A DNA stretch of 64,000 nucleotides. Origin: Amoebidium appalachense. Lineage: Eukaryota; Protista; Ichthyosporea. Shown here in pieces: positions 1 through 35,378 of this stretch. Position 1 is the stretch's first letter. Every line of letters begins with the position of its first letter. The notes beneath the pieces were generated by a model. The model did not search any database, was not told the DNA's origin, and was given only the letters and a program-made list of their open reading frames with translations. The translations under genes were made by a program, and so were the position numbers. Location of the stretch: NCBI GenBank assembly GCA_963693365.1, contig CAVNZM010000009.1:7108908-7172907 (forward strand). Reading direction: 5' to 3'.

Positions 1-141
1 TGTGTGTGCGTGGGCGTTGGGGGGGGAGGGGGGGGGGGGGGAGGGGAGGGAGTAAAGTGGGCACATGTTAGTGTATGAAGGAAGAGGGCAAAAGTTGGCA
101 AACTCGGCATTGTGGGAGACCTCGACACCCCTCTGGGGGGA

Positions 142-176
<35 letters not shown>

Positions 177-729
177 ATTATACATCATCCACACTACCCG
201 AGATTTGACCCAATCACCTTGCATGCAAAACCCAACTCAGATACTGCTTTGCTTGGACCTACCGATGGGTGTGTGTGTCTGTGTGTCTATGTGTGTGTGG
301 GTGTGTGTGTGTGTGCGTGGGGGGGAGAGGGGGGTGCACGGTACACAGCAGTACACACGAAGTATAAACTAGAAGAGGTACATGTAGTTAAGAGATGAGG
401 AGGGCAAGAGAGGGGGAGAGGGGGGGGGGGGGGGATGAGAGGATGGGAGAGGGGGGGGGGGGGGGGGATGAGAGGATGGGAGGGGGGCCAGGAAAAAAGT
501 GACTATAGTTCCTAGTATGGAAACGGGGGGGAAAAAAGGAAGAGGAGGGGGGGAGGGGGGGGGGGGGGGGGGGGGGGGGAGGGGGAGGAAAGAAGAATAG
601 GTCCTAGAGGGTGTGGAGGTGGGGTGAAGGGTGTGTGGGTGGGTGGTGGTGGTGGTGGTGGTGGTGGGAAGGGGGGAAGGGGGGGGCAGGGACGGGACGC
701 GATGGGAGGAGGGCGGGGAAGACGAGAGA

Positions 730-771
<42 letters not shown>

Positions 772-791
772 GGGGTGTAAATCAAACATAC

Positions 792-9061
<8,270 letters not shown>

Positions 9062-9077
9062 CTGTGTGTGTGTGTGT

Positions 9078-9111
<34 letters not shown>

Positions 9112-9178
9112 TTGAAGCAAAACTGTTCGTGTGCAGGAATGGGGGGAGGCCGAAGGAGGCGGGGGTGGGGGGAGGGTG

Positions 9179-9217
<39 letters not shown>

Positions 9218-9311
9218 AGCGCTCGCACTTGTATGTGTGTGTGTGTGTGTGCGCGCACGCGCACGCACATGCACACGTGTTCGTGCATGTGTGCATGTGT
9301 GTGTGTGTGTG

Positions 9312-9367
<56 letters not shown>

Positions 9368-11631
9368 AGTTGGGTGCATGCACTTGCCTGTGTGTGTTCC
9401 TTCCTGCCTTTTCCATTCTTCACCTTTTCTTTGTTTAATCTATTTCATCCTCCCTCCCCCCTCCCCCCCCCCCCCCACACCCCTCTCCCCCTCTTTTTTC
9501 ACCTCCTCCTCCTCCCCCCCCCACCCCCTCTCGAAAAAAAAAAAAGAAAAGGGGGGGGGGGGGGGGGAAGGGGGGGTTGTGTGTGAAGTTTGACACCAGT
9601 GGCTTTTCCGAGCGAAAATAATTTGATTTCTTTAGCTTCCGACAACAGTCATATAACACACAGGGTTAGCAGTAGTAGCGTAACAACAGACAGAGCGCAT
9701 GTACCCCGTGATCTTCTTGAAAATTTACAGCCACGTTATAAGCGGGTAACGCAAAGGCAGAGATCCTCCACGTACGAGCAAATCTTTACCACAAAAAATG
9801 CACCAGTACACACACACGTGCAAGTGGCTCTCAAAAAATGTGGATCCGTTAGTTCGTAAGGGTTCGTGTCACCTACCATTTTGCCGTGTGTGGGTTATCA
9901 CGGTACAGATCTGTTCTGTGGAATCTGTCAGAGGAATAATGAGTATACAGGCCAACCAGAACCGAAAGCCCCCCCCCCCCCCCCCAAAAAAAAAAAAAAA
10001 AAAAAAAAGAAAAAAAAGGAATAAGATGAACAGGAAACAAACAAACACACACGCACACCCAAACACGCACCATTTGAGACCGTAACGTACCAAAACCATG
10101 GCTCTTTTTTCTTTTCTTTTCTTTTCTTTTCTTTCTTTCTTTATTTCTTTTTTTTTTTTTTTTTTTTTTGGGGGGGGGGGGGGGGGGGAGATCTCCGTGT
10201 ACAATTATGTGGGCTCTTCTGAATACAGCGGTGACTGTGTGTTCACGTGTGTACTCCTCTGCAACCCAATAACACATGCTCCTTGCGTTTTGCGTTTTTG
10301 CTTGTGTGTGTGGTAGATTTATTCTGACCATGTGTGTGTGGTGGATGTGCATGTACAAGTAGTCTGTGCGCGCCCCCGCCAGTGTTTGCGTTTGTCTGTA
10401 ACTGTATGCCTCGAACACGTGTGTCTGTGCGTGTGTGTATCTGTGCGGGTTAATAAAAGCGTAGTTATTAACGTGTCTTTTTGTGCGTGCATGCGTGAGT
10501 GTACATGGGCGCACTATAGTCGGCGAGAAGAGTGCGCCCATGTTGCAATGTTTGTGATAGCACTCATCCTCGATATTGGTGCAACACTGGAGCTGGTGTA
10601 ATTTCATACCACTGCCATAGGGACAGTAATCGTTACTCAAATCCACTATACACATAAAGCATGGTTTTCACCAGTTGTAAGTAGTGATGGTGGTGTATGC
10701 AAGTGGCACCAAACTGACCAGTGGCTTGGCACACAAGCAGACACTTGTCAGCTAGTAGAGCAAAAGTTGTTACAAGAGCCAAGGATGACGGAGGGTTGGG
10801 AGAACTCTTACAACCTAGTGTCGGTTGCTCGGAGAGTTAAAAGGCCGCATACTTTGGCAAACGTAAATCTTTGACACAAGGGATCTTCAAAACCACGAAA
10901 AAAAATTGAGGTGACCTTTGAAAAGAAAAAGAGAAGACAAAAAAAAGCTCTCATGACCTTTGGATAACTTGATGGACAAATGATGTCGCAAACACCTATT
11001 TTGCGCAAAAGCTGCCGCGATATTGTTTTGAGTTGTTTCGATAGAGTCATGAGGCTTCTCGACCCGGTTTGAGTCAAGTTGCGCCCAGCTCGATCCTGAG
11101 GATCGCCGGTTGAGGCTGTAAGCCCCAAAGTGATAACCCAGGCATGCCCTTGTCCCCCTATATATTGTAGCCAGAAAACATATATAAAAAAAAAAGAAAA
11201 AACCACGATTTTTTTTTTTGGATTGCTCGCTTCCGGGCTTTTTTGCCGACATGATTATGAGAGCTCAGAGCATACAGCATATGTACTGCAGCTGCTACTG
11301 GGGTAGTGATGACCCGGCCCGCCATAAATGCTCATCCCTCGATACTGTCGATATTCTCAAGGATAACATTGTACATGTAAAGCACATCTGCTTTCACTTA
11401 CACAAAGGAATGAAATATATCGTAGTTTATTTCTGAAGCCTTTTCGGGGTGATAGCCTACACTAGGTTTTGCTGTCCTGTCGGTATTTTCTGCCAAGGTG
11501 CTACTACAGGCTGGCTTTGCATGAAATTTGGGAGGTAACCCCGGGTCGACCCGACACTCTCTACTAAGAAGACTTTTTTCAGGACCAGCTTCACCCATAT
11601 ATGGTTTTATCCGCTCATCTTTACCCGACTC

Positions 11632-11688
11632 CTATTGGTTAATTTTTGATTCGGTTCGCCTTTTAGCCAATAGGTCAAGTCACGTGAC
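11632..11688. promoter_or_regulatory. Candidate bidirectional promoter core: two opposed CCAAT boxes and the palindromic E-box/CLEAR motif GTCACGTGAC
   Basis: ATTGG at 11634-11638, CCAAT at 11667-11671 and GTCACGTGAC at 11679-11688, in the microsatellite-poor gap between divergent VPS35 and COX4. Confidence 0.55.
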
Positions 11689-12557
11689 CTCTGGGTGTGG
11701 ACCTTTCCATCCCCTTCTGCCGCACACCGGCGCCCGCCCACACCAACGACAAGGGAAGGCAGTTGTTTTTGTGAGACCCAGGTCGGTTTTTCGTTTTTTG
11801 TTTGTCTTACTCGGAGGAAACCCCCCGTTTTCGGGCGCAAAAAGCCATTTTTCTATAAGGTTGGACACTGGTTTTATGAACTCTAGCGGCATAGTATATA
11901 GTGTTTAGCTTTGAGCGCAAAAACGGTTTGAACACGAGTCGTTTTTTTCGTGCGGTGGTGCAATGGGGAGTTAGCTTGGTCAGCCTTTTTTGTCGTGGCA
12001 CCAATGAAAAAATGCACACACACACAGGACTATATAGAAAATAGGTGCTAGGCCCACGAGCAAGCTTCATTTCTAGGGCGGAGACGGGTGTGGTTGAGCC
12101 CTTTTGTACACTTTCTTTACATAGCACTGGTTGTCTTCCTGCTCACTCGCTGAGCTGATGGCTGATGTGGTCGAGGTGTTTATTTAATTTGAAGATGTGG
12201 GGCACACGTCTCGTGTTTACCATGAACACAGTATATGTTCCTTTACATAGTCTAACAGTTCTAGTGCTAAACAAGCATTTTCCTTAGCTCATACTAAGAA
12301 TACTTGCAGAAACACACGTTGCATGCCCACCGCCTGAATATACCTACCTCAGTCGTTCTTGCACATAAAATGGCCTGCGTATGCATACGTACGCTTGCTC
12401 ACATTCGTAAATCTACAGGAACCTCACACACATAAAGTGCATACATCTGCCAACATATACACTCACATGGTCGACGTACACACAAAAACCTTTGCTCATA
12501 AAGTTACGTACAGGCACAATCGTGCACAGGCTCACAGGTTGTGTTTTGCAGGTCAAC

Positions 12558-15500
12558 ATGTCTCTCCTGCGCGTTCTGAATCGGGGGCCCGTGGCGGCTG
12601 CCAAGCTGGCCATGCCCCTGCGGGCTTCTGGGTCTTCTGCCTGGGCCCTGCACGACTTCAACAAGCCTCTGACCGAGGTCCCTCAGGTCGAGGTTGATGG
12701 CAAGAAGGCCGACCTCATCGTCCAGGTGCGTGTCTGTGTGTGTGTACGTGTACGTGTCTGTTTCTCTGTGTACGTTTGTGTGTGTGTGTGGGGAGGGGGG
12801 GTTGCATGTCGCGTCTGTATTACCTTGTGGATGCACACGCTGTTGATCTGGTGGACCTATGCAGTGTACGCACCCCACTACGCTGTTGATCTGGTGGACC
12901 TATGCAGTGTACGCATCCCCCTTTGTAGATTACTTGTTTGCCGAGCACGAAATGCGGAGAAAACACTTGTTGCAGTCACCAACTGCACGGTCCTGGCACA
13001 AACAGGCACACCAGCACCAACCCGATGGGCACATGCACAAAGCATGCACTTGGACAAGCAAAGAGTCAGCATGTAAATTTTCCACACACTAATTTGTATT
13101 GCACACCAAGGCCGCGCCACACATAGCGGGTCATCCTGCTTTGAGTTACACTGAGAAAACCTCGTTTTCCCAATATACGTGTGTGTGCGCGAGGATGTTC
13201 GTGCATACACGCATGTAAGCATTTTGGCATACACAGCAGGCTGTGTTCTGCAACGTATTTGCCGGAAGGATGGTGTTATGGTCAAATTATTGCATGATTT
13301 TTGTTTGGTGGTGATTGCTGACGTGTTCGTGACAGTTAACATCAGTGTAACGATGAGGCTCCGTTGTGCACGGGTGGCAGTCAGGACACAGCAAAGACGT
13401 GATCTATTTTGAATAACATTTTTATGTTCTTTTTTTTTTTTCTTTGTTTGTTTGGGACAGGGTGCACATATTAAGGGTGATTTCTGCTCTGTTACTGATG
13501 CTGTTTTTTTAAAGAGAGGCGGGGGGGGGGGGGGGGGGGGGGGGGCAATATGTTCGAGGATGTGTACGATGAAATAAGCAGTGGAGGAATGGAAATTTGA
13601 AACCTGGGACAGCACTCTTATCAGTGCATGATATGATTTCCTACATCAGCAGCATATTCAACTTAACTGGTCTTCGCCTCCTGCACACACACACATCACC
13701 CCCCCCCCAAAAAAAAACCCTCTAACGCATACATCACCCCCCATCCCCCCGCCCCTATAAAATAATAGTAATTATAATAATCATAATGGTGATAACAACA
13801 ATCACAATAACTTCGTCCTGCATCTTACACAGGAGGGTACCACGATCAAGATCAACCCCGCGCTCAAGGGTAAGATCAGCCAGGAGTACGCCATCCGCCT
13901 TCGCCACCTGCTGCCCCCCGGTGTTCAGGATTACGACTATGCACGTGTCACGGGCATGCTCATGTGGCCCACGGCCAGCCAGAGCCACCTGCTCAATCTC
14001 GAGAAGGGCGACTGGCACAAGCTGACCAAGGAGGAGAAGCTCGAGAGTACGTGTGTGTGTGCGTGTGTGTGTGTGTGTGCTAAGCGGGGGTGGGGGGGGG
14101 TGGGGGGTGTTTGTGGGCTTTTGCGGGTGTGAGTGAGGGGTGTGTGTGGAATACCGTGGAGAAGAGATTGTGTGTGGGTACGTGCGCGCATGTGTGTGGC
14201 GTAGATGCGGGAGGGTGTTTGACAGGCATAAGCTCACTGACTGGGGAGAAGCTGGAGAGTACGTGTGCAGCTTTTATCTTTTGGGGGGGGGGGGGGGGGG
14301 GTGAATCTATTATAGTGTTTTTTGTCTTTGTTGTTTTTTTTTGGTGGGAGGGGGGTTATGGCATAAACGTATTTAACGAAAGAGGCGCGTACTTGTGTTT
14401 TCTTTTCTGATTTGGGTACCCCGTGGGCAGGGTGGGAGGGAGGGGGGTGGGTGTGGTATATGCCGAATGTATGCGTGAACAGGTGTGTGTGTGGGGGGGG
14501 GGGGGGGGAGTGGAATGTTTCAACGGGATTTAGTGTGGATTATGCATGGACTTTCGTGTCCTTGTTTTCTCCCGAGAGGAGGGGGGGATCTGCTGTAGTC
14601 ATTTATGAGAGGGAGACAGACTTTAAGTGGGAAGTGACTGCATTCGATTTTTTTTTCTCCTTTTTGCATTACCCCAACCCCCCCACACACCCTTTGGTTT
14701 TTTTTTTTGCCTTTCGAGGGGGAGGGGGGGGGGGGGGGATATTAAGTCGTTGTGCACAATAGGCATCTCACTATTTCATGTTGTTTATCGTTTTGTAAAG
14801 CGTTGCAACAGGAAGGAAGGAGGAAATAGCAAGCACCTTTCCCAACTCATGAACACAAATCAAAATCAATAACTGCGTGCTGTTTGCTAACTGTGTTTCT
14901 TCTTTTGCAGTCTACCGGCTGTCTTTCCCCCAGACGCGCACGGAGACCAACCGGGTCAACATGGGTGACGTGCGCTTTGCCGTTGCCGGTACCCTGATCG
15001 GCCTGGCCCTCTCCTACTTCATCTGGAAGGGTATCACCAAGCTCATGAGTACGTGCTCCCACAATCTCTTTCTATGTCTCTGTCTCTCTATCTCTCTCTC
15101 TCGTGTGGGTGGGTGAGGGTGGGGATGTGGGTGCGTGTGTATGGTATGAATGCTAAGGTTTCTAATGAATATGCGACTCCCGCGCACGTGTGCCGGTATG
15201 TTTACTTTCCTTTGGGAGGGGGGAGGGGTGGGGGGGTTGCTCCTGATGCATTAGACCTTTTTGTGTGTGTGCGTGGTGGTGGTGGGGGGGGGGGGGGGGG
15301 GGATAAGTGCATGTTTCCGCCCTCACAATTTTCTGGCTTTTCTGATTGCACGTTGACATGTTTCGGGTCTGGTTGCATGCACTCTGGATAGCAGCAACTG
15401 GCTTAAAGCACTAGGTTGGTCAGTTGACCTGTCTGGTCGTATGCTTTTCCATTTTTCGCACGTCTTTTTTTTGGGGGGGGGGGGGGGGGGGTACCCAATC

Positions 15501-15744
15501 TCTAATTATATTCGTTTGGGAGCCTTTTTCCTTTCTTTTCTCCTTCCCCTCTCTTCCCCCTATTTTTTATTTTTTTTTCTTTGGGGGTAGGGGGTCTCTT
15601 CAAATTTGGATTTTCCTTATTTGCTGATCGAAATTTCATGATGCAGACCCCGCCTGGGAGCCACCCCGCACGCTCACCAAGGAATGGATGGATGCCAGCG
15701 AGGAGAAGAGGGCGAAGTACAACATGGACCCCATCACCAACTAG
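12558..15744 (+). CDS. COX4: Cytochrome c oxidase subunit 4 (animal COX4 / yeast Cox5 family), about 205 aa
   Basis: Exons 12558-12725, 13833-14046, 14911-15048 and 15647-15744 total 618 nt in frame. Mitochondrial presequence-like N-terminus MSLLRVLNRGPVAAAKLAMPLR; LEKGDWHKLTKEEKLEIYRLSF; one TM helix; PRTLTKEW...YNMDPIT C-terminus. The tttgcag acceptor just before the ATG implies a 5' UTR intron. Confidence 0.9.
12838..12915 (+). repeat. 43-bp-period tandem duplication in COX4 intron 1
   Basis: CGCTGTTGATCTGGTGGACCTATGCAGTGTACGCA occurs twice. Confidence 0.9.
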
Positions 15745-16329
15745 ATTGTGTAAATTTCGCGTTGGATCCCCCCTCTCCCTGGCCTGTGGCAATAAATATA
15801 CCGCTGCGGCGCACACTGCTCGCGTGTCCCCGGTGGAGCGTTGCATGCGGACGAATTTCTCGTGTGAAATTTTGCTGACCATTTGCAACCCCCCCCCCCC
15901 CCCCCCCCCCCCTTCTTCCTCCTCCTGCTCCTCCTCTTTCCCCCCTCCCCCCTTCCCCCGGCATGCGGAAAACAAGACGGTACCGGTGTTACAATAAATG
16001 TCGTGTTATCTCCATAGTATCATTCAAAGCTTTCTTTCTTGCAAAAAAAAGATGCCTTTGGAGAACGGTTCTAATCAAATACCTGCATCCTATTAGAGCC
16101 TGGCCTTAAAGTTTGTCGGGGACACACACGTGGCCATGCTTATGTATATGACTTGAACTTGTTTGGTCAGATTTGGTTAGATGTAAAAAGGATCGATGAT
16201 CAGGTCAAAAGTACTCTTTTTAATATCCGTGCATGTGACACGTACTATGCATACGCATTCCCCCCCTCCCCCCCCCCCCCCCCCCCCCCCCCTTTAACCC
16301 CCGGCCTTTCCCACTGCCCTTGCCTGCAT

Positions 16330-16564
16330 AAGCAACCCTGCTCGTCTCTGATCAAGACGGGTGACCTACTCATGTACAAGTGAAACAGTATCTGAGTTGG
16401 GTTTCGTTAACGAGGGGAATAGGTCGAAACTCGGGTACTGTGGATGACGTGGGCCCCCCCTGAGGATGGGCTCTGCTTATTATGCATACTCTTTATGTAT
16501 GGCTTGCATTCTGCATCGTGTTATCCGTTTGTTCTTGTGTACTTCGTACTTTTTGACGCATTCA

Positions 16565-16568
<4 letters not shown>
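16330..16568 (+). repeat. Dispersed repeat family, A-B copy downstream of COX4
   Basis: Reverse-complement match to 972-1230; the B part is nearly identical to 27556-27653. Confidence 0.8.
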
Positions 16569-16599
<31 letters not shown>

Positions 16600-16838
16600 C
16601 CCTCCCGGAAAGCCCCCATAAATCCTAAACCTTGCACATTTCCAAAAGCACCCCCTATCTCCTCTTCAGGCTTCCGGATCTGGTGTCATGACTGTCCGTT
16701 TTTTTTAAAATTTCCCCGTTCAAATGCCACCACAGGCACACTTCTCCCCCCACCGTGACACACACACGCACACAACGCACACAGTTTCTTCTGGGGTCCT
16801 GGATCTCCACGTCTCTCAACCCCTTCCCCCCCCTCCTT

Positions 16839-16957
16839 CAATTCCACCCGCTACCGAACCCTCCCCCCCCCCCCTCCCCCCCTCAATTCCACCCGCTACC
16901 GAACCCTCCCCCCCCCCCTCCCCCCCCTCAATTAATATTCCACCCGCTACCGAACCC
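16839..16957 (+). repeat. Minisatellite, 3 copies separated by C-runs
   Basis: ATTCCACCCGCTACCGAACCCT x3. Confidence 0.9.
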
Positions 16958-17124
16958 TGCATACATCAGGTCCTGGTCTCATGATCATCACCCACCGTGG
17001 TCATTGCTCTGCCCCCTAATCTTTCCCCTTTCGAATTTTCAGATTTGGTCGGCCGCGGCATATACGTAACTAGTACGCGGGCGTCGGGTTAGGCGCAATG
17101 TGCACAGTGACGTCGCACCCCGGC

Positions 17125-17167
<43 letters not shown>

Positions 17168-17171
17168 TGTG

Positions 17172-17215
<44 letters not shown>

Positions 17216-17729
17216 TGGGTGGGTGTGTGTGTGTGTGTGTGCCGGTTTTTCCGACGATATGCATGCAGTGCAACGTACGTACCCCCCCCTCCCCCCCCCC
17301 CCCCCCCCCCCCCCCCCCCGCGCCCGCGCCGGGCCCCCGGCCCCCGCCCTAATTAATATGCGTCTGAGCCCATAATTCCGCGGGGGCTGGCGCTCCCCTT
17401 TTTTTTACCCCGCGGCCTTCGATCCAGTTACTAAATAAAGCTAATCCGAAGTTAAATTAACATCAATCCCAAGACACCCTCTGATGAATTAACTTTTTTC
17501 AAGTTACTTCCGGGGCCGCCTCCTAGGGCTACTTTTACTACCTGCTCTGTACATAGTCTGTGTGTGTGTTTGTGGACACGTTTGAACTCCGCCCGGGCCC
17601 CTCCCCTCCCACAGCTGTGTCCTAGCAGCTGCTAGTCACCCCCCAACCTCACCGGTCAGATCAGCACACACATGTGTACACGCACAGTCACGTGTACACG
17701 TGCACACACGCGCACACTGCACACACATT

Positions 17730-17778
<49 letters not shown>

Positions 17779-17785
17779 CACACAG

Positions 17786-17854
<69 letters not shown>

Positions 17855-17884
17855 CGCGCGCGCGCGCACACACACACACACAGG

Positions 17885-17942
<58 letters not shown>

Positions 17943-18585
17943 CACACACGCACACACACACGCAGCATACTATGTATCAGCTCTATGTATGTATGTGTTC
18001 GGTGGGTCCGGTATATATAATCGAGAAAATCCGGAACTGATCAATGGAAAGAGGTCGTGCTAAAAGAAAAACACACGATTTATTGCATGCGCAGTCTTAA
18101 AAATTTAATCGCGGCAGTACTGTATATAGATGAAATGGCCCGATCAGCAATGCCACATATGCACCGATCACTTCCTGAGCACCACGTGCATGCACTAGGT
18201 GATTATACTAAGAAGACCCCGGGTGATGTGGAGATAAACCTTTTAGCACATGTAAAATATTTTAAAGTTATAAATGTACATGTTACAAGCTGCCAATAGT
18301 TCAAACTCTCTTCTTCGATAAACACAGTGAAATGTGTATCGTAATCATACATACTGAGTCACAGATATTATTATACTGCCTGGGTCAGTACCGTGTTGCC
18401 AGGCGTAACTGTAAGAGATAATAAATCCGAATGCAGACTTTCCCTTTAACCCACACCTAACTTAAAGGGCACCGGCAAGACGGCAAAACACAATATACCT
18501 TCTAAACGTTTGCGCCAGCCCCCCTCCCCCTCCCCTCTCTCCCCCCCCCCCCCCCCCCCCCCCCCCTCCCTGAATTCCCCATCTC

Positions 18586-18634
<49 letters not shown>

Positions 18635-18757
18635 AAAAAAAAAAAAAAAACCTCGATTAGTACATCAGCCGCAAAAAATATGCTCGGTTACAGTTAGGTG
18701 TAAAAGCACAGTCTAAAATCTAACGTTAAAACCTCCACCGAAGAAATCCACGCAAGG

Positions 18758-22934
<4,177 letters not shown>

Positions 22935-23870
22935 CTTCGCTTTGTGTTAGTACCGTGAAAAAGCTCTTAGACTGGGCGGATGTTCAAAGACCAAAAAATT
23001 TCGGAGGAGGTAAGAAGAATATGTATTTTTTTGGGTAAAAATTAGATGGTTCATAAGGCCTCTTCCCTCCCAATAAATTAAGAATAAAAATAAAAAAACA
23101 ACAACAAGGCCTTCGAAAGGTACGCGAGGCTTAGTAGTACAACTTCAGCACTCCGCACCGGATAATTTCGTCTGGTGCATAGCAGAGACTCGATTCAAGC
23201 CAACAAGTATGCAAGTGTGTTTCTAAATATGAAAAATAAAAATCAACAGGCCTAGGAACACATGTGTTTTGGAGACCGTCTCAGGCACGGATAAGTGCAC
23301 TTGAAGTGACAGATCTAGAGTGTTTCCGAGGTCGTCGGGTGGAATTACATTCAGATATAACTTTGCCTATATCTATTATCGCTAGCTAGCTATGCGTGCA
23401 ACAAAACGACACAAACCAAATGTTAAATGGTTAAGAAATGGCGCTACATGCCAATAATCCTTCCCTCCTTTTTTTACTAGATTTGACGTGGCACGCTGCA
23501 GTACGTATACATCCCGGTACGCAGAAGTGATCATCACAAAGCTCGGCTCCCCAATTGCAAGCTATGGCCAAGTTCACCAGGGTCACCAGCAACATATGTT
23601 TAATATTAGGACTACTATGCAGGGTTACACAACATAAGGGGAGGTCAAGCCATCCATCTATTACCATCATTACACACACACCGTGGCACTGAGACAGACC
23701 CTTTGAACGTGGCTATGTACATATATATGTGTTGCTGCAAATCGATACATCCACACGGGGAAAAAAAGAAAAGAGATAAAAAGGAAAATTGCCCAAACGA
23801 AAATTAAAAAAGAAAGAAAAAGACGGGTATAGAAGGGGGGGGGGGGGGGGGGGGGGGGGAGGGGAGGGGG

Positions 23871-23905
<35 letters not shown>

Positions 23906-24144
23906 GGGGGAGGGGAAAGGGGTCAAACAGTACTAGTTCTAATATTAGGTGCACCTCTTCAATGCAGTACAAAAGAAATCAAAAGCACAAAGTTGCAAAC
24001 AATTAACATAAATAAAAAGCCAATCAAAGCAATGCTGAAGTAAAGCCAAAGCTTTGGGCACCTCTAACACTTAAAATTTCTTTAACAAAACACCTGTCCC
24101 CATTAAAACCACCACTAAGGCCAACTTCATGCACCTAAGCAACC

Positions 24145-32410
<8,266 letters not shown>

Positions 32411-32455
32411 TGTGCCTGATGCTGTGTGTGTGCAGGGGGAAAGAAATGTGCGTGT

Positions 32456-32486
<31 letters not shown>

Positions 32487-34907
32487 GTTGGAGAAGGGGG
32501 TGGGAAGGGGTGAGGGGGATGTGTACGTGTGTGTACGTGTTTGTGTGTGTGCATGTGTGCATGTGTGTTTGCCGTGTGCGTGTGCATGTGTGTGCGTGTG
32601 CGTGTGCGTGCGCGTGCTCGTGCTCGTGTGTGTGTGTGTGTGTGTGTGTGTTTGTGCGCGCGCGCGCACGCGCACGCGCATATTTTGTCTTTTCTTTTCC
32701 TTTTTTTTTTTTTTTTTGGAGGGGGGGGGGGGGGGGGGGGAGGGGGGGAGGGGGGGAGGTGTCAGAGGAAGAAAAGGAGGGATAAACAGGGAGAACATGC
32801 TAGGGTGTGAAGACGTGGCGCAGTCATGAGAAGAGAGGGCCGAGAATGAGGGCAGGGAAGAGAAAAAGTTGAGGAAAGGGTGGGGGGTGTTCAGGTGGCA
32901 GGGACGAGAGAGGAAGTATCGGGTGAGAGGGGGGTAAAAAGAAAGGCAGTGGAAGCCTTAAGCGCAAGGGCAGGTAGTGTAGATACTAACGTTTTCTTCT
33001 TGTTGTTCTTCTTTTTTTTTTTCCAGGGGAGGGGGGGGGGGGGGGGGAAGGGGAAGGGGGAGGAGGGGGAAGGGACGGATGGGAGAGTGGGTTAGGGGGG
33101 TGAGGCGGTGGGGGGGAAGGGGGGGGGGGGGGGGCTGAAGAGGAAAATAGGTGAAAAATCTGTGGGGGTCATAGAGTCGAGGGAAGGGGAGGAAGGCCGC
33201 CTACGAGAAGAACACGATAATGGTTATTGGACGGAGAACAAGAGCAAGAAAACAAGAATGATGGAAAAGAGAGGGGAGCATGAAAAACTCGGGAAACAAG
33301 AGTCAGTAGATCTTGCGGCCAGAAGCAGAGAGAGTTTTTTTCTTTTTTGAGGGGGGGGGAGGGGGTGGGGGGAGGGGGTTGGACTGTTTGGGGGGGAGGG
33401 GAAAGGGGCGGGGAGAGGGGGGGAGAGGGGTTGCCATGCACGAGTAGCTGCCTTTTATATGAACAGGACATGGACGAGTCTAGACGTGCAATTTAAGTGT
33501 ACCATGCAGTTTTTGATCCGAAGATCAGGCCTCACTATCGAATTGCCGAAGCGAAATAAGAGGCGTAGGCAGCTAGGGCTTAGACTAGTGCAACATGCAT
33601 GTAGCGGATCTGCAGGTCTACTGAAACAATCCCAAACAACCACGCATATGTGCAGGCTTGCGCAGACTCTTTTGCATCGTATTATCAACCACACACAAAC
33701 GGGCATCGATGCGTCCTAGATGGGCAAACACGCACGCACATACATGCACACACACACGCGCGCGCGCACACACCCACCCACCCACCCACCCACCCCTTAC
33801 ACGCACACTCGTACACACACACACACATGCACACGCACGCTAGCTGGCGCACACATCCCACACACCACCAGGAGTTCAACCGAAGAGGCATTTTCTCGCC
33901 ATCATGCACTATGCAGGTTTAAAGTGAATAAGAAAGAAAACTCAGGGGAAGCGCACTCAATTTCTTGGAATGAATAGCACAAAAACCCATAAGTTCTTTT
34001 CGAACACAAGCTGGCAAACCTTCAGATCTACAAACCAACCACAAAAGAAAGTCTACATGTTGTATAGGCTAAACACACACGCACCTGTGGTAGCTTCCGT
34101 CATCCTCGCGCACAAATCAGCTAAGTCGTTAACAAGAATAGATATTTCCTTTGGCACCCTACGTTTTGACAAAGGAAACAAGCTCTGCACCCCACTTTTT
34201 TTTCTTCTTTTTTCTCGTTGAGTTAGTTTCTTGTTCAAGAGTCGCTCTGGCCTCTCCGGCCCCGAGTTTTCAGAACTGAGCTCGTTTGAAATCTTGATGC
34301 CGGGGCGTGCCTGTCTGTGCGGTGGTGACACATGGGCCAATCGAAACCATCACAAATCATGAATGTGAAATGGGCGATCACGTAACCGGAGCCTGATGAT
34401 TTTTTCATCGACCTTTTTTTCCCCCCGTTTCCTCATTTCTTCCCTTAGCTTTTTTGCCAACGTGCTTATGTGTATCTGTGCGTGCACGTGTATGTATGAG
34501 CGCGTGTGTACATACATGCATAAGTATGCACACGCTTGTGCGAGTGCGGAACACATGTGTACTGAGCTTGTGTAGTAGTACTGGCGTGTGTGGGTACGTA
34601 CTCAAATTGAATGCGTACCCTTGCCTTGTCACAGTGTGTGTGTGTTTCTTGGGGGGGCCCAGGGGTTGGGGTTATAAGCGAGTGCTTGTGTGTATGTGCG
34701 AGTATTTTTTTTTAGCGCTAAGTTGTGTGTTTGTTGCACGTGTGTGTATGTTTATTAAAGTATGTCGTTCTAGCTAGATCAGCAGGGATGCGTTGTGTGT
34801 GTCCACAGTGGTCGTGCATGGTGTGTACACATGCCTGTGTACCAAGGCCTCCTGAGTGAGTGCTTATTTTGGAGGCCCGGGGTTGTGCACATGCATTTGT
34901 GAGTTTG

Positions 34908-35378
<471 letters not shown>

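Noticed and set aside
9873-11252. Separate gene between VPS35 and COX4 (ORFs 9873-10655, 10808-11206, 10887-11252)
   Set aside because: No recognisable domain or consistent exon chain; more likely VPS35 5' UTR and first intron.
11300-11440. C/D-box snoRNA (GTGATGA ... CTGA)
   Set aside because: The boxes can occur by chance; no terminal stem or rRNA-complementary guide was recognised.
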